Source: Bacillota bacterium
GTDB lineage: Bacteria; Bacillota; Clostridia; Acetivibrionales; DTU013
Direction: 5' to 3'
NCBI GenBank assembly: GCA_023409735.1
Contig: JAEYRB010000006.1
Span: 10,027-74,026, forward strand
Length of the DNA stretch: 64,000 nt
How positions within the stretch are numbered: position 1 is the stretch's first letter; every line of letters begins with the position of its first letter. The position numbers were made by a program, and so were the translations under genes. The notes beneath the pieces are model-generated. The model was not told where the DNA came from. It saw nothing but the letters and a program-made list of their open reading frames with translations, and made no database searches. Positions 9,604 through 18,649 of the stretch are shown here, in pieces.

Positions 9604-11079
9604 ATGTCAGATAATCAGAATTACTATGAAAACACTAATAACACAGATATAAGCAATAATACGGAAAACGCCAATTGCATCAATAATAACGATAATAGCA
9701 ATATTGTAAACAACAGAAGTGCTATCAATAACAGTAATAATATTAATAGCAACAATAGCAACGACCAATGTTATTATAGTAATTACGATGAAAATCAGAG
9801 CTTAAGTTATGTAGACAGAAAAGTTAATAATGGCAATGGTAATCAAAGCTTTAATTTTGTAAGCAGCAGTGCTAACTTTAGGAATGAGGCTAAACAACAC
9901 AAGAGAAAAAGCAGAGAAAAGAAACCCAGACAGAATATTTTCCAGCTTGTACTTATTGCAGTTGTAAGCTCAATGATTGGGGGCGGTTCAGTATTTGCAG
10001 CGATGATGATGATACCTTCTGCAACAGACAGTATAGCATCAATAGCTCAAGACAGTGGCCTTAAGACTACAGAGGTCAAAAAGGTTACGATAAATGAGTC
10101 CACCAGCTCTCCTGCGGAAGCAATAGCAGAAAAGGTCAGTCCATCGGTTGTAGGAATCGTAGCAACAGTTGGTCAGCAGCAGAACAGCTTTTTCTTTTCA
10201 TCCGAAGCATCGGCAAGCGAAGGCTCAGGCATAATACTTAGTAAGGATGGATATATACTAACTAACAACCATGTGGTTGAAGGAGCATTAGTATCCGGTA
10301 CGAATAATTTAAGTAACGGCTCAAAAATCGAGGTAGTTCTTCCTGACGATAGTAATACCACGTATCCGGCAACATTGATAGGCAGAGACTCTGAGAGCGA
10401 TCTGGCAGTCTTGAAAATCAACGCTAATAATCTCCAGGCAGCTGAGATAGGCGACTCGAGTAATCTGAAAATAGGAGAGCTTGCTGTAGCAATTGGAAAT
10501 CCTGGCGGACTGCAGTATCAAAACTCAGTTACAACAGGTATTATAAGTGGACTTAACAGAACTCTGACCATATCTGATGGTACCCAGATGACGCTGATTC
10601 AGACTGATGCAGCTATTAATCCAGGTAACAGTGGAGGACCGCTATGTAATTCAACAGGCGAGGTTATCGGCATTAATACTGTTAAGATTGCAGCATCAGG
10701 ATATGAAGGAATCGGATTTGCAATTCCAATTAATGATGCAAAGGCAATTGCGGACGATCTGATAGAGTTTAAGTATGTAAAAGGCAGACCTCTTCTGGGT
10801 GTTTCAATAGATAATAGATATACAGATGAGATGGCGCAGCGTTACAATATGCCCAAAGGACTTCTTGTAGGCAGCGTCACTGAGGGAGGCCCGGCAGAAA
10901 ACGCAGGAATAAAGATCGGTGATATAATAACAAAATTTGATGGAAAAGAAGTAACAACATTTGATGAGCTCAATAAGCTGAAGGATGCACATAAGCCTGG
11001 TGATACTGTGGAAATAGAAGTATACAGAGAAAAAGGGAGCGTTACACTTAAGGTTACACTTGGTGAACAGACAATATAG
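9604..11079 (+). CDS. HtrA/DegP-family serine protease (trypsin-like plus PDZ) with an Asn-rich N-terminal extension and a TM anchor
   Basis: Catalytic context TNNHV, DLAVLK, GNSGGPL and a C-terminal PDZ-like region (GDIITKFDGKEV). ATG at 9604 after AGGAG. Confidence 0.85.
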   Translation: MSDNQNYYENTNNTDISNNTENANCINNNDNSNIVNNRSAINNSNNINSNNSNDQCYYSNYDENQSLSYVDRKVNNGNGNQSFNFVSSSANFRNEAKQHKRKSREKKPRQNIFQLVLIAVVSSMIGGGSVFAAMMMIPSATDSIASIAQDSGLKTTEVKKVTINESTSSPAEAIAEKVSPSVVGIVATVGQQQNSFFFSSEASASEGSGIILSKDGYILTNNHVVEGALVSGTNNLSNGSKIEVVLPDDSNTTYPATLIGRDSESDLAVLKINANNLQAAEIGDSSNLKIGELAVAIGNPGGLQYQNSVTTGIISGLNRTLTISDGTQMTLIQTDAAINPGNSGGPLCNSTGEVIGINTVKIAASGYEGIGFAIPINDAKAIADDLIEFKYVKGRPLLGVSIDNRYTDEMAQRYNMPKGLLVGSVTEGGPAENAGIKIGDIITKFDGKEVTTFDELNKLKDAHKPGDTVEIEVYREKGSVTLKVTLGEQTI

Positions 11080-11267
11080 GAATTTGTTTAAGTAATAATT
11101 GAAGGAAGAATTGTTTTTGAAAGCATAGTAGACATAAAGTACAAGCTTCTGAAGTAAAGCAACAGGTGGAAGAATGCAGAAGCACAAATAGATTTATTTA
11201 GAGTGCATAGAGAAGATGCATATAGTAAAAAGTCTCTTAAGTAAAGCAACACAAGGTTAAGAGAGAA

Positions 11268-11387
11268 GTAATACAAGAGGTAATACAAGAAGTAATACAA
11301 GAAGTAATACAAGAGATAATACAAGAGATAATACAAGAAGTAACACAAGAAGTAATACAAGAGATAACACAAGAAGTAACATAAGAA
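11268..11387. repeat. 10 contiguous copies of a 12-nt unit (consensus GTAATACAAGAA)
   Basis: Units read directly: gtaatacaagag, gtaatacaagaa, gtaatacaagaa, gtaatacaagag, ataatacaagag, ataatacaagaa, gtaacacaagaa, gtaatacaagag, ataacacaagaa, gtaacataagaa. Confidence 0.9.
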
Positions 11388-11427
11388 GCTCCTACAATAA
11401 ATATTTAACAGTAGGGGCTTCTTTCTG
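11385..11427 (+). terminator. candidate rho-independent terminator downstream of the protease gene and the repeat array
   Basis: GAAGCTCCTAC (11385-11395) pairs with GTAGGGGCTTC (11411-11421) with one G-U pair, followed by TTTCTG. Confidence 0.5.
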
Positions 11428-11450
11428 TAAAGGTACGATTGATAATGTAA

Positions 11451-11498
11451 ATCAATAGTTATAAATCAATAGTTATAAATCAATAGTAATAAATCAAG
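11451..11498. repeat. about 3.4 copies of a 14-nt unit (ATCAATAGTTATAA)
   Basis: atcaatagttataa, atcaatagttataa, atcaatagtaataa, atcaag, read directly. Confidence 0.8.
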
Positions 11499-11645
11499 AA
11501 GGCTCTTGGCAGGCACATAATTTACTTTCAAGCATCAAGCGGGTATATCTCGGGGCTTGTTGCAATGCTGCAGAGGTGTTAAAATGTTTCTGAAGTGAAT
11601 TAAATTATGTAAACCAGTAAATTATAATGAAAGGAAAGTGGTTAT

Positions 11646-12725
11646 ATGAGCTTGCCAAAGACAATGAAGGCTTTAGTTGCGTATGGTGCTAGCAAATATT
11701 GTTATGAACCGGAATATCCTGTTCCTGAGTGTGGTAAGGATGATATTCTAATTAAAACTGAGGGATGTGGAATTTGTGCGGGTGATCTGAAGTGTCAGCA
11801 TGGCTCTGCGATGTTCTGGGGAGATGAAGTTCAGCCTGTATGGGTAAAGCCACCTTTTATTCCCGGACATGAATTTGTCGGCAAAATAGTTTATATTGGG
11901 GAAAATATTAAAGGGTATTGTGTTGATGACCGAATTGTTGTTGACCAAATTGCACCATGTGGTGAATGTCGCTTTTGTAAGGATGGACATTATTGGATGT
12001 GCCAGCCTCACAAAATGTATGGGTTCTTCGAGGAATTCTGCGGTGGTATGGCTGAATATGTTCGTATCCCGGTTAAGAATTCCGTTATACACAAGGTATC
12101 AAAAGATATGGCTCTTGAAGATGCGTTGTTAATTGAACCATACGCTTGTGCCAAGCATTGTGTGGATAGAGCACAAATTTCCTGTGAAGATATAGTTGTA
12201 CTTTCAGGTGCGGGAACACTGGGACTTGGAATGGTAACATATGCAAGGCTGCGAAACCCAAAGCTTCTTATTGTCCTGGATATGTTGGATGGACGATTGG
12301 AAAAGGCAAAGGAGTTCGGGGCTGATCTGGTTTGGAACCCGTCAAAGATGAATGTAGCGGAAGAAATATTAAAGCTGACGGACGGTTATGGATGTGATAT
12401 CTATATTGAGGCGACAGGGCATCCATCTTCAGTAACACAAGGCATGCAGATGATACGAAAGCTTGGAAGATTTGTGGAATTTTCTGTATTCGGAGCTCCT
12501 ACGACACTGGATTGGTCAATTATCGGAGACAGAAAAGAGCTTGATGTACTTGGTTCTCACTTAAGTCCATATTGCTTCCCGTTTGTTATTGAAAATATAG
12601 GTAATGGCAAATTAAAAACAAATGGTGTTGTAAGTAAATTATTTGAACTGAAAGATTGGGAAAAAGCATTTGATTATGCATCCGGTAAATATGGAGACTT
12701 TAAAGTTGGGTTCAAGTTTAAATAA
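11646..12725 (+). CDS. zinc-dependent medium-chain dehydrogenase, polyol/threonine dehydrogenase-like
   Basis: 359 aa with catalytic-Zn context GICAGDL...GHEFVG, structural-Zn cysteines CGECRFCKDGHYWMC, and Rossmann GAGTLGLG. Confidence 0.8.
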   Translation: MSLPKTMKALVAYGASKYCYEPEYPVPECGKDDILIKTEGCGICAGDLKCQHGSAMFWGDEVQPVWVKPPFIPGHEFVGKIVYIGENIKGYCVDDRIVVDQIAPCGECRFCKDGHYWMCQPHKMYGFFEEFCGGMAEYVRIPVKNSVIHKVSKDMALEDALLIEPYACAKHCVDRAQISCEDIVVLSGAGTLGLGMVTYARLRNPKLLIVLDMLDGRLEKAKEFGADLVWNPSKMNVAEEILKLTDGYGCDIYIEATGHPSSVTQGMQMIRKLGRFVEFSVFGAPTTLDWSIIGDRKELDVLGSHLSPYCFPFVIENIGNGKLKTNGVVSKLFELKDWEKAFDYASGKYGDFKVGFKFK

Positions 12726-13085
12726 GAAGCATTAATAATGTAGTGTCCTGTTAACCATATAGATGATTATACTGATATGAATATTAAGTTTGAAGATTAC
12801 AAGGTCTTAAGTATTTAAATATCTGCCCATATTATTCGGATAGAGGTGATGCAGTTAATGGGATCATTGCCGGGTAATATGGGTATTGTTAATTAAATTT
12901 AGTTTGATTTACTTATTCGAGCATGACAGACAGCGTTTAGAATTTAACAAAAAAGGTTTTAACTATTTTATTCGTCACTATAATATGATAATATTCGTAT
13001 AGTTATTATTTAACGGGTATGGATATTCTAACATAACAGAATAATATGAGACAAAGGGCAACATGTTCAAAAGCAGGGAGATTAA

Positions 13086-13940
13086 ATGTCGATTGTAATT
13101 GAGAAGCTCTCATATATATATATGCAGGGTACGCCTTTTGAAAAGGCAGCGCTTGATAATATAAATCTGAATATATCGGATGGAGAATTTCTGGGAGTAA
13201 TAGGACACACCGGCTCAGGAAAGTCTACATTGATTCAGCATCTTAACGGTCTGCTAAGGCCAACATCAGGCAGAGTGCTGATAGACGGACTAGATACTGC
13301 CTCGAAAAATCTTAAGGAATTGAGAAGACATGTGGGCATAGTATTTCAGTATCCCGAACATCAGCTTTTTGAGGAGACTGTTTACAAGGATATAGCATTT
13401 GGGCTTAAAAAAAATAACATTGCAGATGAGCAAGTAAAAGAAATGATATCAGAGGTGATACAATCAGTAGGCCTCTCTCCGGAGATCCTTGAAAAATCAC
13501 CTTTTGAGCTATCAGGAGGGCAGAAACGAAGAGTTGCAATTGCCGGAGTACTTGTTATGAACCCCAGGATTCTTGTGCTTGACGAGCCTACAGCAGGACT
13601 TGATCCTAAAGGACGTGACGAGTTGTTCTCAGTTATCACACAAATACATAAAAAGCAGGGGATGACAGTAGTACTTGTATCTCATAGCATGGAGGATGTT
13701 GCAAGGCTAGTGGAGAGAGTTATAGTAATGAATAAAGGAAGGGTTGAGATAGATGGCTCGGTTTCAGATGTATTTGCTGATTTTGCCCGCCTTGAACAAA
13801 TCGGTCTCTCTGCTCCGCAAATTGCGTATCTTATGAAAGCTTTGAAGAATGAGTTTCCTGAACTGGATGACCACAAATATACAGTCACCGATGCCCGTGA
13901 TGAGATCATCAGACACCTGAAAGCAGAGGTGTCCCAATAA
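13086..13940 (+). CDS. ecfA2: ECF transporter ATPase component A2
   Basis: Walker A GHTGSGKST, LSGGQKRR, Walker B LDEPTAGLD. Immediately upstream of ecfT. Confidence 0.85.
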   Translation: MSIVIEKLSYIYMQGTPFEKAALDNINLNISDGEFLGVIGHTGSGKSTLIQHLNGLLRPTSGRVLIDGLDTASKNLKELRRHVGIVFQYPEHQLFEETVYKDIAFGLKKNNIADEQVKEMISEVIQSVGLSPEILEKSPFELSGGQKRRVAIAGVLVMNPRILVLDEPTAGLDPKGRDELFSVITQIHKKQGMTVVLVSHSMEDVARLVERVIVMNKGRVEIDGSVSDVFADFARLEQIGLSAPQIAYLMKALKNEFPELDDHKYTVTDARDEIIRHLKAEVSQ

Positions 13941-14743
13941 TGAATATAAACAGCATTACCATAGGCCAGTATATTCCGGGCAATTCGATCATACATAGGG
14001 CTGACCCCAGAACGAAGATAATAGTGTCATTAGCGCTTATGATCATAATTTTTATGTTAAATTCGTTCTGGACTATTACTGTAATGACTGCCTTTATTTT
14101 TATGGCAGTGGCTATATCCGGGGTGCCTATAAAATTTACACTAAGAGGATTGAAGCCACTACTTGTAGTTATCATATTTACTGCAGTAATAAATATTTTT
14201 ACAGCAAAGGGTACACCAATTTCTGATGTCGTACCACTTAAATATATAACATATGAAGGGCTTATACTAGCTGCAAAGCTTGCTGTAAGACTAGCCCTGA
14301 TAATAATAAGCGGTTCGCTGCTGACGTTTACAACTACGCCGATTCTTCTTACTGACGGTATTGAGAAGCTACTCAGTCCGTTGAAAAAAATAGGTGTTCC
14401 GGCACATGAGCTGGCAATGATGATGTCCATAGCGCTCAGGTTTATACCTACACTGCTTGAGGAAACTGATAAAATAATGAAGGCGCAAGCATCAAGAGGT
14501 GCTGATTTCGATACGGGAAATGTAATTCAGAAGGCTAAAAGCTTTGTACCTGTACTGGTACCGCTGTTTGTAAGCGCATTTCGCAGAGCTGATGAACTAG
14601 CTACTGCTATGGAGGCAAGATGCTACCGGGGCGGCGAGGGCCGTACAAGAATGAGAGAAATAAGGTTTACTAATATTGATATAAGGATATCACTGGTAGC
14701 GGCTGTATTCTTTGCAGCTCTGCTGCTGGTACAATATGTATGA
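13940..14743 (+). CDS. ecfT: ECF transporter transmembrane component T
   Basis: 267 aa multi-pass protein with EcfT-like coupling helices (ARGADFD, ATAMEARCY). Start overlaps the ecfA2 stop. Confidence 0.85.
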   Translation: MNINSITIGQYIPGNSIIHRADPRTKIIVSLALMIIIFMLNSFWTITVMTAFIFMAVAISGVPIKFTLRGLKPLLVVIIFTAVINIFTAKGTPISDVVPLKYITYEGLILAAKLAVRLALIIISGSLLTFTTTPILLTDGIEKLLSPLKKIGVPAHELAMMMSIALRFIPTLLEETDKIMKAQASRGADFDTGNVIQKAKSFVPVLVPLFVSAFRRADELATAMEARCYRGGEGRTRMREIRFTNIDIRISLVAAVFFAALLLVQYV

Positions 14744-14842
14744 AATATCGGGGTGGGTCATACCTGCCGATTTGCAGCAGCCTACCTTTTATTGAAGCGT
14801 AGTAGCTTTGAAATTATGTGTTAAGAATTTTTGGAGGTTATC

Positions 14843-16159
14843 ATGATAAGTGTTAAAGAAAAGACCGTGGATTTTCTCAAGAAGTATGGTATGTATGCTC
14901 CTGATATCGATCTTGAAAAGAATTGCTTAGATTTTCTTGAGGAGATGGAAAAGGGGCTTGAGGGTAATGAAAGCTCACTAATGATGATACCTACCTATAT
15001 AGGTATGGGAAATGAGTTGCCGCTGAATAAGCCGGTTATTGCTATAGATGCAGGAGGAACCAACCTCAGGGTGGCACTTATTCATTTTGATCAAAGTAAG
15101 AAGCTAATAGTGGAGGATTTCAAGCTGTATCCTATGCCCGGCACAAAGGGTGAAATATCTAAAGAAGAATTCTTTGATACGATTGCAGGCTATATAGAAC
15201 CATTGCTCAGCAGAAGTGATAAAATTAGCTTTTGCTTCTCCTATCCTGCCGATATCCTGCCTAATAAGGATGGAAGAGTGATCAGGCTCTGCAAGGAGGT
15301 AACGGTAAGAGGTATTGAAGGGGAACTTCTGGGTGAAAATCTAATGGCAGCACTTAAAAAACGTGGCTATACTGATGATAAGAGCATTATCGTGCTAAAT
15401 GATGCTGTTTCAACCCTTCTTGCAGGAAGGGCAGCTTATCCGGAAAGAGTATTCGATAGTTACATTGGCTTTATACTGGGAACAGGAACCAATATCTGCT
15501 ATACAGAAAAATTATCTGAGGTAAAGAAGATAAACAGTCCTTGTTCTCCAGATGAATTGATGATCATAAACACAGAATCAGGTATATATGATAAGCTGCA
15601 AAGAAGCGTCATAGACCTGGAATTGGATAGTGCTACTGTAAATCCGGGGGATCATGTCTTTGAGAAGACAATATCAGGAGCATATCAGGGTCCAATGCTG
15701 CTTGCTTTGATTAATAAAGCAGCTGATGAAGGAGAATTCTCAAAGGAAGCGGCCGTGGCACTTAAATGCATAAAAGATCTCGAATCGAAGGAAATAGACG
15801 ACTTCCTTTACTATCCCTATGGCAACAATGTTCTTGCTGAGTGTTGTTCAAAATCCGGTGATGAAAGCGACAGGCTGGCTCTATATTATTTAATCGATGC
15901 TATTTTTGAAAGAATAGCAAGGTTTGTTGTATTTAGCTTGACTGCAACAATGCAGAAGACAGGCAAGGGAACTAACCCTTGTTCACCTATATGTATTACG
16001 GCTGATGGATCGACCTTCTATAAATCAAAGCTTTTCAGGGCAAAGCTTGACTATTATATAAAATCATATACAAATGATATTAAGGGCATATACTGTGAAT
16101 TTGTAAAGGTAGACAACGGATCACTTGTAGGAACTGCAATTGCAGGACTTTTAAATTAA
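14843..16159 (+). CDS. hexokinase-family sugar kinase
   Basis: Motifs IDAGGTNLRVA, FCFSYP, LNDAVSTLLAG and ILGTGTNICY match the hexokinase/actin-fold ATPase signatures. ATG at 14843 after GGAGG. Confidence 0.7.
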   Translation: MISVKEKTVDFLKKYGMYAPDIDLEKNCLDFLEEMEKGLEGNESSLMMIPTYIGMGNELPLNKPVIAIDAGGTNLRVALIHFDQSKKLIVEDFKLYPMPGTKGEISKEEFFDTIAGYIEPLLSRSDKISFCFSYPADILPNKDGRVIRLCKEVTVRGIEGELLGENLMAALKKRGYTDDKSIIVLNDAVSTLLAGRAAYPERVFDSYIGFILGTGTNICYTEKLSEVKKINSPCSPDELMIINTESGIYDKLQRSVIDLELDSATVNPGDHVFEKTISGAYQGPMLLALINKAADEGEFSKEAAVALKCIKDLESKEIDDFLYYPYGNNVLAECCSKSGDESDRLALYYLIDAIFERIARFVVFSLTATMQKTGKGTNPCSPICITADGSTFYKSKLFRAKLDYYIKSYTNDIKGIYCEFVKVDNGSLVGTAIAGLLN

Positions 16160-16161
16160 TA

Positions 16162-16917
16162 ATGAGGAATATTAAGCTTACAATAGAATATGACGGCACA
16201 GCATATCATGGCTGGCAAAGCCAGGTCAATGCAGTGGCGGTTCAGGATGTTGTCACCGCTGCTCTCCAAAAATTGACAGGCGAGGATATAATCATAACAG
16301 GCTCCAGCAGAACCGATACAGGTGTTCATGCTCTCGGGCAGGTGTGTAATTTTTTTACCGGTTCATCAATACCGGCTGATAAATTTGCATTTGCTCTTAA
16401 TGCCATTCTTCCCGAGGATATTGTGATCAGAAAATCTGAAGAGGTTACTGAGGATTTTCACGCTCGCTTTAGCACAATTGGGAAGAAATATCGCTACCTC
16501 TTCTATAATTCCGTATTCCCTTCGGCACTTATGAGAAGCAGAGCGTATCATGTATTTTATCCCCTTGATGTTAATGCTATGAAGGAAGCGGCTGAATGCT
16601 TTAAGGGAACACATGATTTCGCAGCCTTCAGCGCGGCCGGCAGCAGTGTAAAAACTACTGTAAGGACAATAACCGATTGCAGTATTAAAAGAGATAATGA
16701 TATTGTTGAATTTACTGTGACAGGCAATGGCTTTTTATATAATATGGTTCGTATTATAGCAGGCACGCTTGTGGATGTGGGTATCGGCAGATTGGAGCCG
16801 AAGGCCATACCTGAGATAGTTGCCGCTTTGGACAGAAAAAAGGCCGGAAGGACTGCCCCGCCGCACGGACTTTATCTTGTGGAGATTTATTACGAAGATA
16901 TATATTCTGTAAAATAA
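16162..16917 (+). CDS. truA: tRNA pseudouridine(38-40) synthase
   Basis: YDGTAYHGWQSQ, GSSRTDTGVHALGQV (catalytic Asp context) and FLYNMVRIIAG. Confidence 0.9.
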   Translation: MRNIKLTIEYDGTAYHGWQSQVNAVAVQDVVTAALQKLTGEDIIITGSSRTDTGVHALGQVCNFFTGSSIPADKFAFALNAILPEDIVIRKSEEVTEDFHARFSTIGKKYRYLFYNSVFPSALMRSRAYHVFYPLDVNAMKEAAECFKGTHDFAAFSAAGSSVKTTVRTITDCSIKRDNDIVEFTVTGNGFLYNMVRIIAGTLVDVGIGRLEPKAIPEIVAALDRKKAGRTAPPHGLYLVEIYYEDIYSVK

Positions 16918-17137
16918 AAGCTTTTAAGAGCTTCGAGCCCCCATTTGTCTTTTGTGGACCTTTGGTCAACGCCAAAAAATATAGGCTCGAACAGTGCTGT
17001 GAAGCGTTGAGTATGTAACCTTTGAGCAGGTAATACATAAAAAGTGAAATGACGGGCGATTATAGAAGAGAATGGAGCATATTTGAGCAAGAATAAAGAG
17101 ATAACAGGAGATAAATTAAATTTATCGATTTATATAC

Positions 17138-17166
17138 TTGACACGGGATATGACCTGTATTATTAT
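17138..17166 (+). promoter_or_regulatory. sigma-A-like promoter upstream of rplM-rpsI
   Basis: TTGACA (17138-17143), a 17-nt spacer, then TATTAT (17161-17166), overlapping TATAAT at 17164-17169. About 95 nt upstream of rplM. Confidence 0.45.
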
Positions 17167-17260
17167 AATTAGGTGCCTAAATGATTGGCAATTGTCATGC
17201 TGTTATTTTAAAGGCATGGTGATGACATATATGTAAGTAGTTGAGGAGGACAGGTAACAC

Positions 17261-17695
17261 ATGAAAACTTTCATGGCAAAAGCCGAAGAAGTTAACAGAA
17301 AATGGTACGTAGTCGATGCCGACGGTAAGCCGTTGGGAAGGCTTGCAAGCGAGGTCGCCAAGATTTTAAGAGGCAAAAATAAGCCAACTTATACACCTCA
17401 TGTAGATACAGGTGACCATGTAATAGTTATAAACGCTGAGAAGGTAGTACTGACCGGAAATAAGCTTGATCAGAAGATTTATAGACATTATTCCGGCTGG
17501 ATCGGCGGAATGAAGGAAATTAAGTACAGGCAGATGATGGAAAAGCAGCCTGAAAAGGTAGTTGAGTTAGCCATCAAGGGAATGCTCCCGCATAACAGTC
17601 TGGGGCGTCAAATGTTCAGAAAGCTCAATGTATACAAGGGAGCTGAACACGAACACCAGGCACAGAAACCTGAAATTTTGGAAATCAATGTTTAA
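17261..17695 (+). CDS. rplM: 50S ribosomal protein L13
   Basis: 144 aa with [47 protein letters not shown], canonical L13. Confidence 0.95.
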   Translation: MKTFMAKAEEVNRKWYVVDADGKPLGRLASEVAKILRGKNKPTYTPHVDTGDHVIVINAEKVVLTGNKLDQKIYRHYSGWIGGMKEIKYRQMMEKQPEKVVELAIKGMLPHNSLGRQMFRKLNVYKGAEHEHQAQKPEILEINV

Positions 17696-17717
17696 TGTGA
17701 AGGGAGGAGCATAAAAG

Positions 17718-18113
17718 ATGGCTACAAAGATTCAATATTATGGAACTGGAAGAAGGAAAAAGTCTGTTGCAAGAGTCAGGCTTGTTCCAGGAGATGGAAA
17801 GGTAGTAATAAACGATAGAAGCCTTGATGATTATTTCGGACTTGAAACTCTTAAGACTATAGTAAAGCAGCCTTTAGTGCTGACTGATACTTCAGCTAAG
17901 TTTGATGTATTGTGCAAGGTTGCCGGTGGTGGATTAACAGGTCAGGCCGGTGCAATAAGGCATGGTATTTCAAGAGCATTGCTTAAGGCAGATGAGGAGT
18001 TCAGACTTACACTTAAGAAGGCCGGATTCCTTACAAGAGACCCGAGAATGAAGGAAAGAAAGAAATACGGTCTCAAGAAAGCAAGAAGAGCACCACAGTT
18101 CTCAAAGAGATAA
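17718..18113 (+). CDS. rpsI: 30S ribosomal protein S9
   Basis: 131 aa with [14 protein letters not shown] and the C-terminus [12 protein letters not shown]. Confidence 0.95.
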   Translation: MATKIQYYGTGRRKKSVARVRLVPGDGKVVINDRSLDDYFGLETLKTIVKQPLVLTDTSAKFDVLCKVAGGGLTGQAGAIRHGISRALLKADEEFRLTLKKAGFLTRDPRMKERKKYGLKKARRAPQFSKR

Positions 18114-18147
18114 TCAAGAAGAAAATTGATTTTTTTGAAGAATACCG

Positions 18148-18176
18148 AAAAAGCCCCGATTTTTGGGGCTTTTTCT
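18148..18176 (+). terminator. rho-independent terminator downstream of rpsI, inside the left end of the element
   Basis: AGCCCC (18152-18157) pairs with GGGGCT (18165-18170), flanked by an A-run and a T-run. Confidence 0.7.
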
Positions 18177-18246
18177 TATGTCTTAAAAGTTTGAAAAATT
18201 GCGAGTTTAGTAACTAAAACAAAGTCATAGCCACACCATAGCCGTA

Positions 18247-18417
18247 TTATAGCCACAACTGAGAATGTTCCATAATAAGATATTCATCTTTATATTGTTC
18301 TTCTACTTCGTCAATATCATTTGCTTCAACAATAAAAGTTGTTTCTTCGTCATCAAAATCTGCATACCATAACCCATTTTCATCATATTTAACCTTTGAT
18401 ACAATAAACGTCATCAT
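18247..18417 (-). CDS. small acidic hypothetical protein (56 aa) of the element
   Basis: Uninterrupted ORF MMTFIVSKVKYDENGLWYADFDDEETTFIVEANDIDEVEEQYKDEYLIMEHSQLWL, abutting the upstream ORF on the same strand. Below the track cutoff, and no family was recognised. Confidence 0.35.
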   Translation of the reverse strand: MMTFIVSKVKYDENGLWYADFDDEETTFIVEANDIDEVEEQYKDEYLIMEHSQLWL

Positions 18418-18418
18418 A

Positions 18419-18649
18419 TTACCCCTTTCTATCTAATTCATTCATAAGTAAATCATTGTGTCTATGCAACATATCAACCTTGTTTTGTAATGTGCGTTCT
18501 TTAGCTGTTAGTGGGTCTCTGTTTTCTTCGGCAGGGGCTTCAGCCTTGCCAGTTAGTTCAGCCCCAGTAACTAATAAAGTGTTGATGTAATTAAGTTTTT
18601 GTTCGTCTGTAAGTTCTATCTTTGGGTACATTGTTGCAACTGGATTCAT
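18419..18649 (-). CDS. hypothetical protein of the element; start uncertain
   Basis: ORF 18419..18718 overlaps the rep 3-prime end, so an internal ATG at 18649 or 18631 is more plausible. The C-terminal part looks coiled-coil. No clear RBS. Confidence 0.3.
   Translation of the reverse strand: MNPVATMYPKIELTDEQKLNYINTLLVTGAELTGKAEAPAEENRDPLTAKERTLQNKVDMLHRHNDLLMNELDRKG

Noticed and set aside
11088-11372. 94-aa minus-strand ORF rich in Tyr/Leu (YYLLYYFLYY...)
   Set aside because: It is simply the translation of the 12-nt tandem repeat. It has no RBS, extreme composition and no coding-like features.
11268-11387. Possible CRISPR-like array
   Set aside because: The units are only 12 nt and directly contiguous, with no spacers. 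No cas genes are nearby.
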